64,000 bases of DNA from an uncultured Desulfarculus sp. (GCA_963665125.2 CAXXUK010000001.1:1632001-1696000), one strand, 5' to 3'; counted from the first letter of the stretch, positions 48,567 through 59,259 are shown. Notes: a model not told the origin generated them from the letters alone. Translations and numbers: made by a program.

Positions 48567-49598
48567 ATGAATTTCTCGGCCAAAGCAATTATCAGGGACG
48601 CCGCCCTGGTGTTTTTTTCTTTCATTCTTCTTGGTTGGCTGGTCTTGGCGCCAAACGCCGTCAGAGCCCAGGAGGTCCCGAGCCAAGTTGACATTGATGA
48701 GTTCCGCAAGCTTCTGGCCGAACTATTACGTCAGGACGACTTTGCCAATTTCCTGGCCGGTGTCCTCAACGTCACCATTTCGCCGGATATCGCGGCGGCC
48801 AATTATGACGTTACCAACGACAGCGACTCGGCCCGGGAAATGAGCACCTTCAAGATTCCCCTGGGCACTTCTTTTGCGTTGTCCAAGCCGGGGTGGGAGC
48901 TGGTGCTCAGCGGCAACCTGGGCTATCTTCAAGCCAAAGACGAGGCCTTCGCCGTAGTTTCCGATTATGATCTGGACACCAAATTCGACATCAAATGGAC
49001 GGCCTACACGGCGCAGGGCGGCCTGGGGCTCAAGGTGCCCCTTACCAACGCTGTTTACCTGTATCCCAACGCGGCCGTGGCCTATTCATACCTAAAAAAC
49101 CGGGCCGATTATCCCACCAGCCGAGCCAAGCAACTGCTGGACCCGCTGTTCAACGGCATTGTCACCGACTTTGACGTCCAGTCCATGACATATTCCGCGG
49201 CCCTAGGCCTGGGTTATGAAGAGACGTTGGGCGTGGTCGACGTATGCCTGCGCGGCATGTTCACCTACGCCTATACGGATTCGTTCAAGCAAACCCACGA
49301 CGTGCAATCCATTTCCGAGGACACCGAAACCCTGGTGGTTCGCCTGGAGACTCGGGCACCCACGGGCCTGTCCCTTGCCGGGCACGGCGTGCGCTGGCTG
49401 GGGCTGGCCGGGTACACCACCTTTTTCGGCCCCAACCGCGATGCACTTGGTTTCAGCTATATTGCCGAGGTCGGCCTGGGCTTTGATGTGGATATATCCA
49501 CGGAAAACAATTTCCTGAACCACATCGGTCTCAGAGGGTCGTATTTATTCGGCGACGACATGACCGGATGGCAGGTCGGCCTGGCCTATGATTTCTAA
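48567..49598 (+). CDS. Solitary autotransporter-like outer-membrane beta-barrel
   Basis: Signal peptide, amphipathic beta strands, terminal YDF, no passenger domain. Confidence 0.7.
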   Translation: MNFSAKAIIRDAALVFFSFILLGWLVLAPNAVRAQEVPSQVDIDEFRKLLAELLRQDDFANFLAGVLNVTISPDIAAANYDVTNDSDSAREMSTFKIPLGTSFALSKPGWELVLSGNLGYLQAKDEAFAVVSDYDLDTKFDIKWTAYTAQGGLGLKVPLTNAVYLYPNAAVAYSYLKNRADYPTSRAKQLLDPLFNGIVTDFDVQSMTYSAALGLGYEETLGVVDVCLRGMFTYAYTDSFKQTHDVQSISEDTETLVVRLETRAPTGLSLAGHGVRWLGLAGYTTFFGPNRDALGFSYIAEVGLGFDVDISTENNFLNHIGLRGSYLFGDDMTGWQVGLAYDF

Positions 49599-49634
49599 AA
49601 AACGGCCTCCCGGCGATGGGAGGCCAGCTTGGTC

Positions 49635-49820
49635 TTAGTTGCCGGTTTGTTTGGCCTTGCCGCTGAAAAGCCCGGCGGCGATCTCCACCAAGCGGTAGAC
49701 CTTGGCCAGGGCCTGGTTGTCAGCCGGCGTCGGAGTCAGGTTTACCACGGCCAGGGCCAGTGCATGGCCCGCCCCCAAGACGGCGATGATTTCAGGCCAG
49801 TTGCCCATAATCCATTCCAT
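49635..49820 (-). CDS. Holin-like small membrane protein
   Basis: 61 aa MEWI..NW..I...A..VVNLTPTP.D...L.K.YR..E..AG....KAK, a phage-holin-type pattern. Confidence 0.65.
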   Translation of the reverse strand: MEWIMGNWPEIIAVLGAGHALALAVVNLTPTPADNQALAKVYRLVEIAAGLFSGKAKQTGN

Positions 49821-50343
49821 GTGCTCTTTTCTCCATAAGCAATCGTTGTTGTTCCGCCGCATCCAGTTCGATGCGGCGCCCCCCGTTTCGCGGATCTTTC
49901 TTGAGCAGGTGCCGCCGGTTATGCCGCTCGCCAAAAGGCCACAGCGAGGCATGCACCCATTGGCGGCCCAGGCTGTCTTGCTCCCAGATGATCTGATCCC
50001 AGTCCGCCGCATTGGCGGCCAACCAGGCGAACAGCCGTCCGACCGCCACCTTTCGCGGCACCATGTCCAGGGCCGCGCCGTACAGATGGGCCGAATCCGC
50101 CGCTCCCCCCACGGCCTTGTTCAGCCCGGGGCAGCGGAAGCCGCTGCTTACGGCTATGGGCCCCAAGGCGTCCCTGGCCGGCTGGGCCAAGGAGGCGCAG
50201 ATATGGCCCAGGCGCATAACCTGGTCCGGGCCGGGCGCATTGGCCACGCCCAGCCGCCGTACAACCGTACTGGCCGTCAACTCGGCCCAGGTAAAATCCG
50301 GCGCTCCGGGGACCTGCCTTTGCATCTGCTTTTTGGTGAACAT
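49792..50343 (-). CDS. Peptidase M15A (endolysin-like Zn peptidoglycan hydrolase)
   Basis: FT..EL..S, SSGFRC..LN.AVGG..S.H..G.A.D, WDQII.E, WVH.S. Confidence 0.88.
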   Translation of the reverse strand: MFTKKQMQRQVPGAPDFTWAELTASTVVRRLGVANAPGPDQVMRLGHICASLAQPARDALGPIAVSSGFRCPGLNKAVGGAADSAHLYGAALDMVPRKVAVGRLFAWLAANAADWDQIIWEQDSLGRQWVHASLWPFGERHNRRHLLKKDPRNGGRRIELDAAEQQRLLMEKRAHGMDYGQLA

Positions 50344-50475
50344 TCGGCCCGACCTCCATGGCGTTGCTCAACTTGAGCAAACCTAGACCATGGAAGCGGC
50401 GCTATCTCGTGAAGGCATTCAAAAAAGCAGGGCCGGACCAAACGGCCCGGCCCCGGAATGGCTGGTCGCCAAGGA

Positions 50476-53400
50476 TCAACTTTGCCGCTGGAGTTCCTCG
50501 ACGCTCGGCAATTGGTCGGCAACCTGTTTCGGCTTGCGCTTGAACAGGCGGCCGACGTCCTCCAGGACCAGATAAAGGGCCGGGACCATGGCCAGGGTGA
50601 TGAAGGTCGCGAACAGGATGCCAAAGCCCAGGGAAATGGCCATGGGGATAAGGAATCGAGCCTGGCGGGAGGTCTCCAAAATCATCGGGGCCAGTCCGCC
50701 GAAGGTCGTCAGGGTGGTGAGCATGATCGGCCGGAAGCGCTGGATACCCGCTTCGAGAATCGCCCTTGAGGCATCCGTCCCGGCATGCCTCTTGCGGTTG
50801 GCAAAGTCGATCATCACCAGGGAGTCGTTGACCACCACACCCGACAGCGCCACCACGCCGAACAGGCTCATCACCGACATTGAGTAGCCCATGAGCACGT
50901 GGCCGATGACTGCGCCGATCATGCCGAAGGGTATGCAGAACATGATGATCAGCGGCTGGGCGTAGCTCCGGAAAGGGATGGCCAACAGCGCGTAAATGGC
51001 GATCAGGGTCATCAACAGGCCGGAAATCAGCGCCGTTACGCTATCGCGGATATCGGCCTGTTTGCCCTCGAAGCTAAACGACAAACCGGGATAGCGGGCC
51101 ACCAGTTCCTGTAGCGTATCCCGTTTGACACTGGTCACGATGTTTTCGGCCATCGAGGCGGGAGTCACGTTGGCGGTGACGCTGACCACCCGGCGGCCGT
51201 CCATGCGGTTGATGGACGTAAACGCGCGGCCGGGCACCATCTTCACCGCGTCCCGGAGCATGATCTCGCCCTGGGGGGCCTTGAGCACCAGGTCTTCCAG
51301 GGTGGTCTCGTCTGCCCGCTCGTTTTCGGGCAGCCGCACCCGCACGGTGACTTCGTTGCGTCCCCTGAGCTGGCGCACCGCCTCGGAACCCTGGAAAGCG
51401 TAACGCACTTGGTTGGCCACCTCCCTGGAGGTCAGCCCCATGCTCTTGCCCGCCGGGAGCAGATGGATGTCGTATTGTTTCTTGCCCTTGGCCGAACCGT
51501 CGTCGATGTCGCTGACCATGGGGAATTCGGCCAGGATATCCGCCAATTCCCGCCCGGCCGCGTCCAGCCTGTCCTTGTCGCGGTGGGAAAGCTGAATGGT
51601 CAGGCTTTTGCCGTGGCCGGGCCCGCCGCGGTCTGATTCGAACTTGATGGACTCCAGGCCGGATACAGGGCCGACCTTTTCACGCCAGAGTTTGGTTACG
51701 GCTGCTGTGGACATGGGCCGTTTTTCAGCCCGAACCATGTATATCCGCGCCGCCACCGTGTTTTCCTTGACATAGCTGAAGATGCCCAGGGCCAGGTCTT
51801 CCCCGCCGTTTTCATCGACCACCACCCCGGCGGCCTTGACCAGTCGTTGTTCGACCTCTTCCGCCCTTTGCCGGGGCGAACCATAGGGCAACACAGCCTC
51901 GGCATAGGCATAGTCGGCCTCGATTTTCGGGAACAGAACCATGCCCATCCGGCCCGAATTGATATAGCCCATGGTGGCCAGGAGTATGGTTATGCCAAAG
52001 GCCAGCACAACGTAGCGGTGTTCGAGCATCCAGGCCAGCAGGTGACCGTATCTGCGCCGCACGAAGTGCTCGAACTTTTGGCTAAAACGGTCCTGCCACT
52101 TTTGCAGGGCCGAAAGCGGCCAAAACAGTTTTCCGCCTCCATGGCTCAAGTGGGCCGGTAAAACGAACAGGCTCTCGATCAGGGAAACGGCAAAGACGGC
52201 AACGACCACGATGGGGATGGACTTGAATATCTTGCCCATCATGCCGGGCACGAAAAACAGCGGCAGGAAAGCAACCATGTTGGTGATTACGCTGAACACC
52301 ACCGGCATGGCAACCTCCCGGGCGCCCTTGATGGCGGCGGGCAACATGCCCATGCCCCTGCGGCGGTGGTAGTAGACGTTTTCGCCCACCACGATGGCGT
52401 CGTCAACCACGATGCCCAGGGTGACGATAAAGCCGAACATGGTGATCATGTTGATGGTGAAATCGGTGGTCGCCAGCAACAGGAACGCCCCGAAAAACGA
52501 AATGGGGATGCCCAGGCTGACCCAAAACGCCAGGCGGATATCCAAAAACAGCGCCAGCAGTATAAACACCAGGGCCAGACCCAGGTAGGCGTTGTTCATC
52601 AGCAGGGTGGCCCGCTGTTCAAACATCTCGGAGCGGTCCCTGACAACATTTATCTTCAGTTCGCTGGGCAGGGTCTGGTTAAGGCGATCGATAACCTTTT
52701 TGGCGGCCGCGGCAACGGGTATGGGCTTCTGGTTGCCCACCCGGTAGACCTCCAAGTTGATGGCCGGTTTGCCGTTGTAGTTGGCCCAGGAATCGGTGTC
52801 CTCAAACCCTTCGGTGACGGTGGCGACGTCTTCCAGGAGCACCTGGCTGCCGTCTTTGGTGGTGATTATCGGCAACCTGGCGAATTGCCGGGCAAAGTCG
52901 CGCCGGTCCTTGACCCGCACAAGGATGTCGCCGCCCGGCGTCTCCAGGGAGCCTCCGCCCAGTTCCACCGAGGCGTGGGCCACCGCGCTGCTGACCTCAC
53001 CCAGGGTCAGGCCGTAGCGCCGCAGGTTGGCCTGGCTGATCTCCACATGGATCTCCATGTCCCGAACGCCCTCAAACTCAACCTGGGTGATTTCCGGGTC
53101 ATTAAGCAGCTCGTCGCGAACAGTCTCGCCCACCTCGCGCAGGGTGCGCTCGCTTACGTTTCCATACAGGGAGAACGAAATAACCTCGCGCTTGCGGGCG
53201 ACTATGGTGACCGATGGCTCCTTGGCCTCCTCGGGGAAGGTATCGATGCGGTCGACCTCGCTTTTCATCTCCTGCCAAAGCCTGGTGACGTCCGCTCCTT
53301 CGATGGCCTCCACGATAATTGAACCGGACCCCTCCGAAGCCACGGAGGTGACCTCCTTAACGCCTTCCAGGCCCTGGATGGCCTCTTCCACGGGCAGGAT

Positions 53401-53619
53401 AATGCCTTGTTCAACTTCCTCAGGGCTGGCCCCGGGATAGGCGACGCTGACCTTGACCATGTCCATGTCAAAGTCGGGGAACACTTCCTGCTTGATGTTG
53501 AGGCCGACGAGCAAACCGCCGACAAGCAGTACAGCCATCAGCAGGTTGGCCGCCACGCTGTTGCCGGCCATCCAGCTGATCGGCCCTCGCGGCTCGTTGT
53601 GAACCTGCTTATCGCTCAT
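50476..53619 (-). CDS. RND efflux permease (AcrB/D/F family)
   Basis: GIVVDDAIVVGEN, RFRPI.LTT.TT; 1047 aa. Confidence 0.96.
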   Translation of the reverse strand: MSDKQVHNEPRGPISWMAGNSVAANLLMAVLLVGGLLVGLNIKQEVFPDFDMDMVKVSVAYPGASPEEVEQGIILPVEEAIQGLEGVKEVTSVASEGSGSIIVEAIEGADVTRLWQEMKSEVDRIDTFPEEAKEPSVTIVARKREVISFSLYGNVSERTLREVGETVRDELLNDPEITQVEFEGVRDMEIHVEISQANLRRYGLTLGEVSSAVAHASVELGGGSLETPGGDILVRVKDRRDFARQFARLPIITTKDGSQVLLEDVATVTEGFEDTDSWANYNGKPAINLEVYRVGNQKPIPVAAAAKKVIDRLNQTLPSELKINVVRDRSEMFEQRATLLMNNAYLGLALVFILLALFLDIRLAFWVSLGIPISFFGAFLLLATTDFTINMITMFGFIVTLGIVVDDAIVVGENVYYHRRRGMGMLPAAIKGAREVAMPVVFSVITNMVAFLPLFFVPGMMGKIFKSIPIVVVAVFAVSLIESLFVLPAHLSHGGGKLFWPLSALQKWQDRFSQKFEHFVRRRYGHLLAWMLEHRYVVLAFGITILLATMGYINSGRMGMVLFPKIEADYAYAEAVLPYGSPRQRAEEVEQRLVKAAGVVVDENGGEDLALGIFSYVKENTVAARIYMVRAEKRPMSTAAVTKLWREKVGPVSGLESIKFESDRGGPGHGKSLTIQLSHRDKDRLDAAGRELADILAEFPMVSDIDDGSAKGKKQYDIHLLPAGKSMGLTSREVANQVRYAFQGSEAVRQLRGRNEVTVRVRLPENERADETTLEDLVLKAPQGEIMLRDAVKMVPGRAFTSINRMDGRRVVSVTANVTPASMAENIVTSVKRDTLQELVARYPGLSFSFEGKQADIRDSVTALISGLLMTLIAIYALLAIPFRSYAQPLIIMFCIPFGMIGAVIGHVLMGYSMSVMSLFGVVALSGVVVNDSLVMIDFANRKRHAGTDASRAILEAGIQRFRPIMLTTLTTFGGLAPMILETSRQARFLIPMAISLGFGILFATFITLAMVPALYLVLEDVGRLFKRKPKQVADQLPSVEELQRQS

Positions 53620-54842
53620 TTTTGTTCACCTTTGGCCGAAGCGGTGCGCGCCGGCGCGGCCTGCGGGGCATCACCAGCGGACCGAAGCAACATGCCCTGC
53701 ACCGGAGTTGCCAGATCCGACATCACCACCATGTCACCGGATTTCAATCCAGAGGCGATGAATACGCTGTCGGCTTGCTTCCAGGCCGTTTTCACCGGCC
53801 GGATATCGAGTTTGCCGCTATCGAACACCCACACGTTTTCACCTTCGCGCAGGGCGGTGCGGGGCACTTTGATCACGTTTTTCAAAGGTTTTCCGGCGAT
53901 GTTCACGTTTACATAGTCGTCGATCATCAGTTGGGGACCGCTGTTATCGCCCGCCAGACCCAGGGGGTCGGAAACCGCGATGATGACCTTGGCCATGCGT
54001 CCGTTTTCGCCAAGCTTACCGGTCAGCCGTGTGGCCCGTCCCGTCCACTTGCCGCCCGCGGCCTGGGATGAAACAACGGCCTCGGCCCCGTTGCCCTCGC
54101 CCAGGTGCAGCGCGGTCAGGCGGTCCAGAGGCACGGCCGCCTCCACCCAGAACTCGTCGGTGCCCACAAGGGTGGCCACCGATTCCTGGGCCTTGACATG
54201 GGAGCCGATGTTTACGCTCCTTTCGATGATCAGCGCATTGAACGGCGCCCGGACCACGGTGCGTTCCAGATCCAGCTTGGCCTTGGCCACAGCCGCCTGG
54301 GCGCTGGCCACGGCAGCCAGGGCCTGTTTGAGTTGCGGCGCCCGGAGCATCAGGTCGGTGGCCTTGATCTCCTCGCCGGCGGCCTGGCTCATCAGGCGCA
54401 TTTCTTCTCGGGCTATGGCCTGACTGCCCTGCTCTATGGAAAGATCAGCCTGGGCGGTGTTCAACGCCGCCTGGGCCTTTTGCAATTCGATTTCATAGTC
54501 GGCCTTGTCCAGGCGCACCAGCACATCGCCCTTGGCCACATGGCCGCCGGGTGTGAAGCCCTGGCCCAGGGCCATAACGTCGCCCGAAACCCTGGAGCGC
54601 AAATCAACCTCGGTTGCCGCCACCACCACGCCCATTGCCGAGACATAGGCCGTGGCCTGGCCCTTTTCGACAGTGGCCAGTTCGACAATCGTCGGCATGG
54701 CCGCGTGGTGTTTGCGCACTATTTTCGGCGCGGTCAGATTGAAAACCATCCACGCTCCGACACCAATGGCGACCAACACCAGGGGGGCGACAACCTTGAG
54801 CAGCGTGCTCTTGTCTTTCTTGGATTTACCGCGTATGCCCAT
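53616..54842 (-). CDS. RND membrane fusion protein
   Basis: V.G.V, G..V.KGD.L..LD, L.RT.VRAPF. Confidence 0.93.
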   Translation of the reverse strand: MGIRGKSKKDKSTLLKVVAPLVLVAIGVGAWMVFNLTAPKIVRKHHAAMPTIVELATVEKGQATAYVSAMGVVVAATEVDLRSRVSGDVMALGQGFTPGGHVAKGDVLVRLDKADYEIELQKAQAALNTAQADLSIEQGSQAIAREEMRLMSQAAGEEIKATDLMLRAPQLKQALAAVASAQAAVAKAKLDLERTVVRAPFNALIIERSVNIGSHVKAQESVATLVGTDEFWVEAAVPLDRLTALHLGEGNGAEAVVSSQAAGGKWTGRATRLTGKLGENGRMAKVIIAVSDPLGLAGDNSGPQLMIDDYVNVNIAGKPLKNVIKVPRTALREGENVWVFDSGKLDIRPVKTAWKQADSVFIASGLKSGDMVVMSDLATPVQGMLLRSAGDAPQAAPARTASAKGEQK

Positions 54843-56299
54843 CAGCTGATTCGTTCCTCTTCAGATTGTAATTTACCATTGGACTCGGCTTCGGCAGCCT
54901 TGGCCGGTTTTTCAAGTTTGCGGGTCCAGTCCCCACCCAGAGAGCGGTACAAGCCCACCCGGTATTTGACAAGCTTTGCCCGCTCGGCTACAACCTGGCG
55001 CTCCAGCCGCTGGACCGTGTCGCGGGCCGACAAATATGGCAGATAATCGCTTTGCCCGTTGAGGTATTGCAGGCTGGCGTCGCGCATGGACAACCGCGCG
55101 GCCGTCAACTGTTCCTGGAGCCGCTCGATGTATTCGCGCTCCCTGGTTTCGCTGACCAGGCTGTCCTCGACCTCCTTGATGGCCTCGGCCACGGTCTGGG
55201 CGTAGGCGGCCAAGCGCTCTTCGGCGATGGCCCGGTTTTCATCCACCACCGCCGCCCTGCGTCCGCCGTCGAAAATGGGCGCGGTGAGGTTGGCGGCCAG
55301 CATGGTCACCCAGTTGCCGAAAAACACGTCCAAGGCGCCGCTACTAAAGGCGGCCTCGGCCGAGATGCTGATATTGGGCAGGCGGTTGGCCCTGGCCGCG
55401 GCCACGGACCAATCGGCCGACTGCAAGCGTAGCCCCGCCGCCCTCACATCGGGTCGGGATGACAATAAATCCGCCGGCAGGCCCACGGACGGCACCTGGC
55501 CGAGCTTGGGCATTTCCAACTGCTCACATTTGGCCTCTCCGGCGGTGGCCCGGCCCAACAGAACGTTGAGCTTGCTGGTCAGGGTGCTTTGCTCCAGCTT
55601 CAGCAGGGGCAGATCCGCCCTGGCCGCGGCCAGGGCCTGACGCTGCTGGGAGACATCCAATGCAGAGGCCTGGCCATTGGAAAAACGCAGCATCTGCAAG
55701 TCCAAGAGCGTGGAGTTGAGTTCAACCTGCTGCTGGACGATGCCCTGCCTGGTGCGCACCGAGATGAGATCGACCCAGGTGTCGACCACCTCCGCGGCCA
55801 CCGACACCGCAGCGGTTTCCAGGTCTTCCCTGGCCGCCGAGGCGTTGAGGATTTTCGCCTCATGGGTTGAGCGCACCCTGCCCCACAGGTCCAGCTCATA
55901 TGACGCCGCCAGGCCCAGCTTCCACGATTGGGTTTCGGTTATGGAGCCGTCGACATCGCGGTTTGGCTGACTCTGGGTGCTGCTTTGAGTGGCCTTGCCC
56001 GTGGCGTCCAGTTCCGGATAGCGGTAGGCCCCGGCCTGCACGGCAATGGCCTCGGCCTGGCTCAGCTTGGCCCAGGCCGTGCGGATGTCGAAGTTGTCCT
56101 TCAATGCCGTCTCTACCAGGGTGTTGAGTTCATCGCTGGCAAAGGCCTGCCACCATTTGCCTGGACCCCGTTCGCCCTTGCCGTAAAATAGGTATTGATC
56201 CGGCAGGTCCACAGGAGGCTCGGTGCGGGCCTGGGGCGCGAATGGTGAGCACCCGGCCAGCAACAGCAGGGCCACGATTAATATTGAAAGCCTATTCAT
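54842..56299 (-). CDS. Outer-membrane efflux lipoprotein (NodT/OprM family)
   Basis: Lipobox LAG/C; WW..F, SYELDLWG, RPDVRAA, LY.SLGG.W. Confidence 0.95.
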   Translation of the reverse strand: MNRLSILIVALLLLAGCSPFAPQARTEPPVDLPDQYLFYGKGERGPGKWWQAFASDELNTLVETALKDNFDIRTAWAKLSQAEAIAVQAGAYRYPELDATGKATQSSTQSQPNRDVDGSITETQSWKLGLAASYELDLWGRVRSTHEAKILNASAAREDLETAAVSVAAEVVDTWVDLISVRTRQGIVQQQVELNSTLLDLQMLRFSNGQASALDVSQQRQALAAARADLPLLKLEQSTLTSKLNVLLGRATAGEAKCEQLEMPKLGQVPSVGLPADLLSSRPDVRAAGLRLQSADWSVAAARANRLPNISISAEAAFSSGALDVFFGNWVTMLAANLTAPIFDGGRRAAVVDENRAIAEERLAAYAQTVAEAIKEVEDSLVSETREREYIERLQEQLTAARLSMRDASLQYLNGQSDYLPYLSARDTVQRLERQVVAERAKLVKYRVGLYRSLGGDWTRKLEKPAKAAEAESNGKLQSEEERIS

Positions 56300-56371
56300 C
56301 GCCTTCTCCAGGCCTGTCGGAGGCCCAGTTGGTTTTCATGACAAACGATCCGGGTGAATTGCGGCACCCGC

Positions 56372-56935
56372 CTAAATATTACAGTAAACGCTTAAACTAT
56401 CTCGCAAGGCCCTTCTGGCCCTGACCAGCAGGCTTTCCACCGCGCCGACCGATGTCTGCATGACCTCGGCTATCTCGGCATAGGCCAGGCCCTGGCCGTG
56501 GCGCAGCACCACGGCCGAACGTTGGTTTGGCGGCAGTTTCTGCAAGGCCCGGTCCAGGGCCAGAGCCGCCTGTTTGCCCTCCAGTTGGCTGTGGGGCGTT
56601 GTTTCAGTGATTTGTTCCGGCATTTCATCCACCAATTTCAATCCCTTGACGCGCAGGTTATCCAGACAAAGATTCCGGCATATCCGCAGCAAATATCCCT
56701 TGATGGTCCCCTCGGGGCGAAACCTGAGCGCATTGCGGTACAGGCGTAAAAACGTCTCCTGGGCCACGTCCTCGGCCAGGCTCTCATCGCCGAGCATGCG
56801 CCGGGCATAGCCGTATACCAGGCCCTGATAGCGCGACAAAAGCTCCCGAAAGGCCGCCTCATCGCCAGCGGCCATGCGCCCCACCAAATCCGCGTCAGCG
56901 GCGGCGGCTATGTCTGATACCTTTCGCACCAACAA
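56372..56935 (-). CDS. ECF sigma factor
   Basis: GDEAAF..L..RYQ, AEDVAQETF, LP..QR, Y.EIA..M..S..AVESLL.RAR. Confidence 0.95.
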   Translation of the reverse strand: MLVRKVSDIAAAADADLVGRMAAGDEAAFRELLSRYQGLVYGYARRMLGDESLAEDVAQETFLRLYRNALRFRPEGTIKGYLLRICRNLCLDNLRVKGLKLVDEMPEQITETTPHSQLEGKQAALALDRALQKLPPNQRSAVVLRHGQGLAYAEIAEVMQTSVGAVESLLVRARRALRDSLSVYCNI

Positions 56936-56941
56936 GCCGCC

Positions 56942-57406
56942 CTATTTTTGTTTTTCGCCGCCCTGCGTTTTCAGCTTGACGTCATTGAAAAACGCCGCGC
57001 TGTATTCAGGCCCCAGAATCTGGTGCATATTCATCAAATGCTCTTTGACCAGGGCGTATTTGCGGCTCCCGAGTTCAAATATTTTGGCCCAGTTCTGGTC
57101 AAAAGCCTGTTGATCAAAGGTTCCCTCACGGCTCAGTAGCTCAAAGTTGTTGTGGCCTGTGGCCCTGATCTCGGACCTGATCAGCCCCATTTGGTTGAGG
57201 AAGCGGGAGTACTCGGCCTTGGCTTGCTGTTTGATTTGGGGAGGCAGGTCCAGTTCCTGCAGGGACTGCTCAATGGCCTGGATGTGGCGAATGTGGGAAG
57301 GCCCGGCCAGGTAATGGGCGTACAGGCCGTAGGCGGCCATGATCACAAAACCGATATTAAGGGCCAGGGAAAAGATCATGACCCAGCGTTTGTTTTCCGG
57401 TTTCAT
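56942..57406 (-). CDS. Periplasmic heavy-metal-sensor-like protein
   Basis: SLALN.GF membrane anchor, helical His-containing domain, between anti-sigma and sigma. Confidence 0.7.
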   Translation of the reverse strand: MKPENKRWVMIFSLALNIGFVIMAAYGLYAHYLAGPSHIRHIQAIEQSLQELDLPPQIKQQAKAEYSRFLNQMGLIRSEIRATGHNNFELLSREGTFDQQAFDQNWAKIFELGSRKYALVKEHLMNMHQILGPEYSAAFFNDVKLKTQGGEKQK

Positions 57407-57810
57407 TGCCACAACCCCCCGTTATCCAGCGAGGCCAATTGGGTATAGTACTGGTTGACCTCGGTTCCGCCGTTCAAAGTCCCGGCCATAACCAGGCCCA
57501 AGAGCAGCCCTGCCGCAGCCAAACCCAAGGCGGCCCCGCGCATGCCCAGGCTCAGGCCCCGCCACCAGTTGCCCAGAGACAAGGCCGCATTTTCCTGATT
57601 AAAGGCCGCCATGGTCCGTTCCATCAGGTCCGGCGGCGTATGGGCTGGCATATATTGGTCCAGCAGGACTGTCAGTCCTTGCATCTCGCGCACCTTTGCG
57701 GCGCACTCAGGGCAGATATCCAGATGCTCCCGAACCTCGGCGGCCCTGGCGCTGTCCAGCTCGCCGTCCAGCCATAGGTCCAATAGTTTTCCGACACTCA
57801 TGCAATCCAT
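57403..57810 (-). CDS. zf-HC2 membrane anti-sigma factor
   Basis: M.C.....L...LDGEL, HLDICPEC, one TM. Confidence 0.9.
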   Translation of the reverse strand: MDCMSVGKLLDLWLDGELDSARAAEVREHLDICPECAAKVREMQGLTVLLDQYMPAHTPPDLMERTMAAFNQENAALSLGNWWRGLSLGMRGAALGLAAAGLLLGLVMAGTLNGGTEVNQYYTQLASLDNGGLWQ

Positions 57811-58070
57811 AGATCGCCTCCCAAAAAAAATTGGCTCTCATTTGTTAAACGCGCCAAGAGCCGAAAACCTGCGTCTGATTATATATTTTTTTTAAAAAAT
57901 ACACTGCAAAACGATGGATTCCCGTGATGGTTGGAACCGAGGCGCCGACTGCCCTTGAAAGGCCTTTGATTCGAGGAGATATCCAAGTTAGTCTGAAATG
58001 GTGACCGGCGTTTTCCGCGCCACCCGCCGTGGGCGCGGCTCGAGCAAGTTGCCGAAAGAAAGGCACGACA

Positions 58071-59176
58071 ATGTTACAGGGTAAACACAACAGGCGACGT
58101 TTTCTCAACAAGGCATTCAGGTTGGCTATCGGGTCGTCATTGGCCCTTTTGCTGCCTGGATCAGGCGCAAAAGCCTCGCCTGAGCGCCAAACGCCCCAGC
58201 GTCCCGAAGCCTGGATCGATTGCCACGCCCATTTGCAGCCCCTGTATCCCGTCCATGGCGTCGGCCTGTCTTTTGACTGGACCGGAGCCGTGGCGGTGGC
58301 CCTGTCCCGAATGGACCAGGCTGGAATATCCCACACGGTGATAATGCCGCCCCCGATGATGCCCGGGCAGGACGGCACCTATGACGCCGCCGAATTGCGC
58401 GGTGTCTGCGCGGAAAACAAAGACCGTTTCATCTTCATGGCCGGCGGAGGCTCCCTCAACCCCATGATCCACCAGGCCTGGCGCCAGGGTTCGGTGGAGC
58501 CGTCAATGGAACGCCGCTTCAGGGACACGGCCAAACAAATACTGGCCATGGGGGCGGCTGGCTTCGGGGAGATGGCCGCCGAACATTTTTCCTTCACCAC
58601 CAACCATCCTTATTAATCTGCCCCTCCGGATCACCCCCTGTTCCTGTTGCTTGCCGATATCGCCGCGGAAAACGATGTACCAATAGACCTGCACATGGAG
58701 GCGGTGCCCCAGGCCATGGACCTGCCGCCGCACCTGGCCTCGCCGCCCAACGCCAAGCGGCTGAGGCCCAATATCGATGGGTTGGAAAGATTGCTCGAGC
58801 ATAACCGGCGGCGCGTATATTCTGAAGCCACGTGGGCTGGGAACATACCGGCATGCGCACCCCTGCCCATTGCGAGCGGCTGCTGAAGCGGCACCCCAAC
58901 CTGTTCATGAGCTTCAAGACGCACAGGCACAGCTCCCGAATCACCCAGGCCCTGGACCACGGACGCCTAAGGGCCGGTTGGCTCAATCTGGTCCGGCTGT
59001 TCCCGAAGCGTTTCGTGATGGGCAGCGACCAGTTCTATCAAACCCCACAATCGCCCCTGCGTTTCCCCGACAGCATGCTGGGCGCCCTGGCCATCTTGCG
59101 AAGCCTGCCCCCGGATTTGACCGCCTTGGTCGGAAGAAAAAATCCGGCGGCGCTTTTCAGAGGCACCGGCGGCTGA
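58071..59176 (+). pseudogene. Tat-exported amidohydrolase, disrupted
   Basis: NRRRFL Tat motif, DCHAH, GFGE, DLH.E, GSD; TAA at 58614-58616 in frame, then frameshift ~58810 and TGA ~58823. Confidence 0.8.
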
Positions 59177-59235
59177 CACAGGTCAACCGATAAACCCGTC
59201 AACCGACGCCTTGCCTGTTGAGATCGCAAATACGC

Positions 59236-59259
59236 TTGACATACATACTGTATGTATGT
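59236..59259 (+). promoter_or_regulatory. -35 TTGACA overlapped by perfect palindrome (candidate TetR operator)
   Basis: acatacatac-t-gtatgtatgt at 59239-59259; TetR gene follows the downstream gene. Confidence 0.65.
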
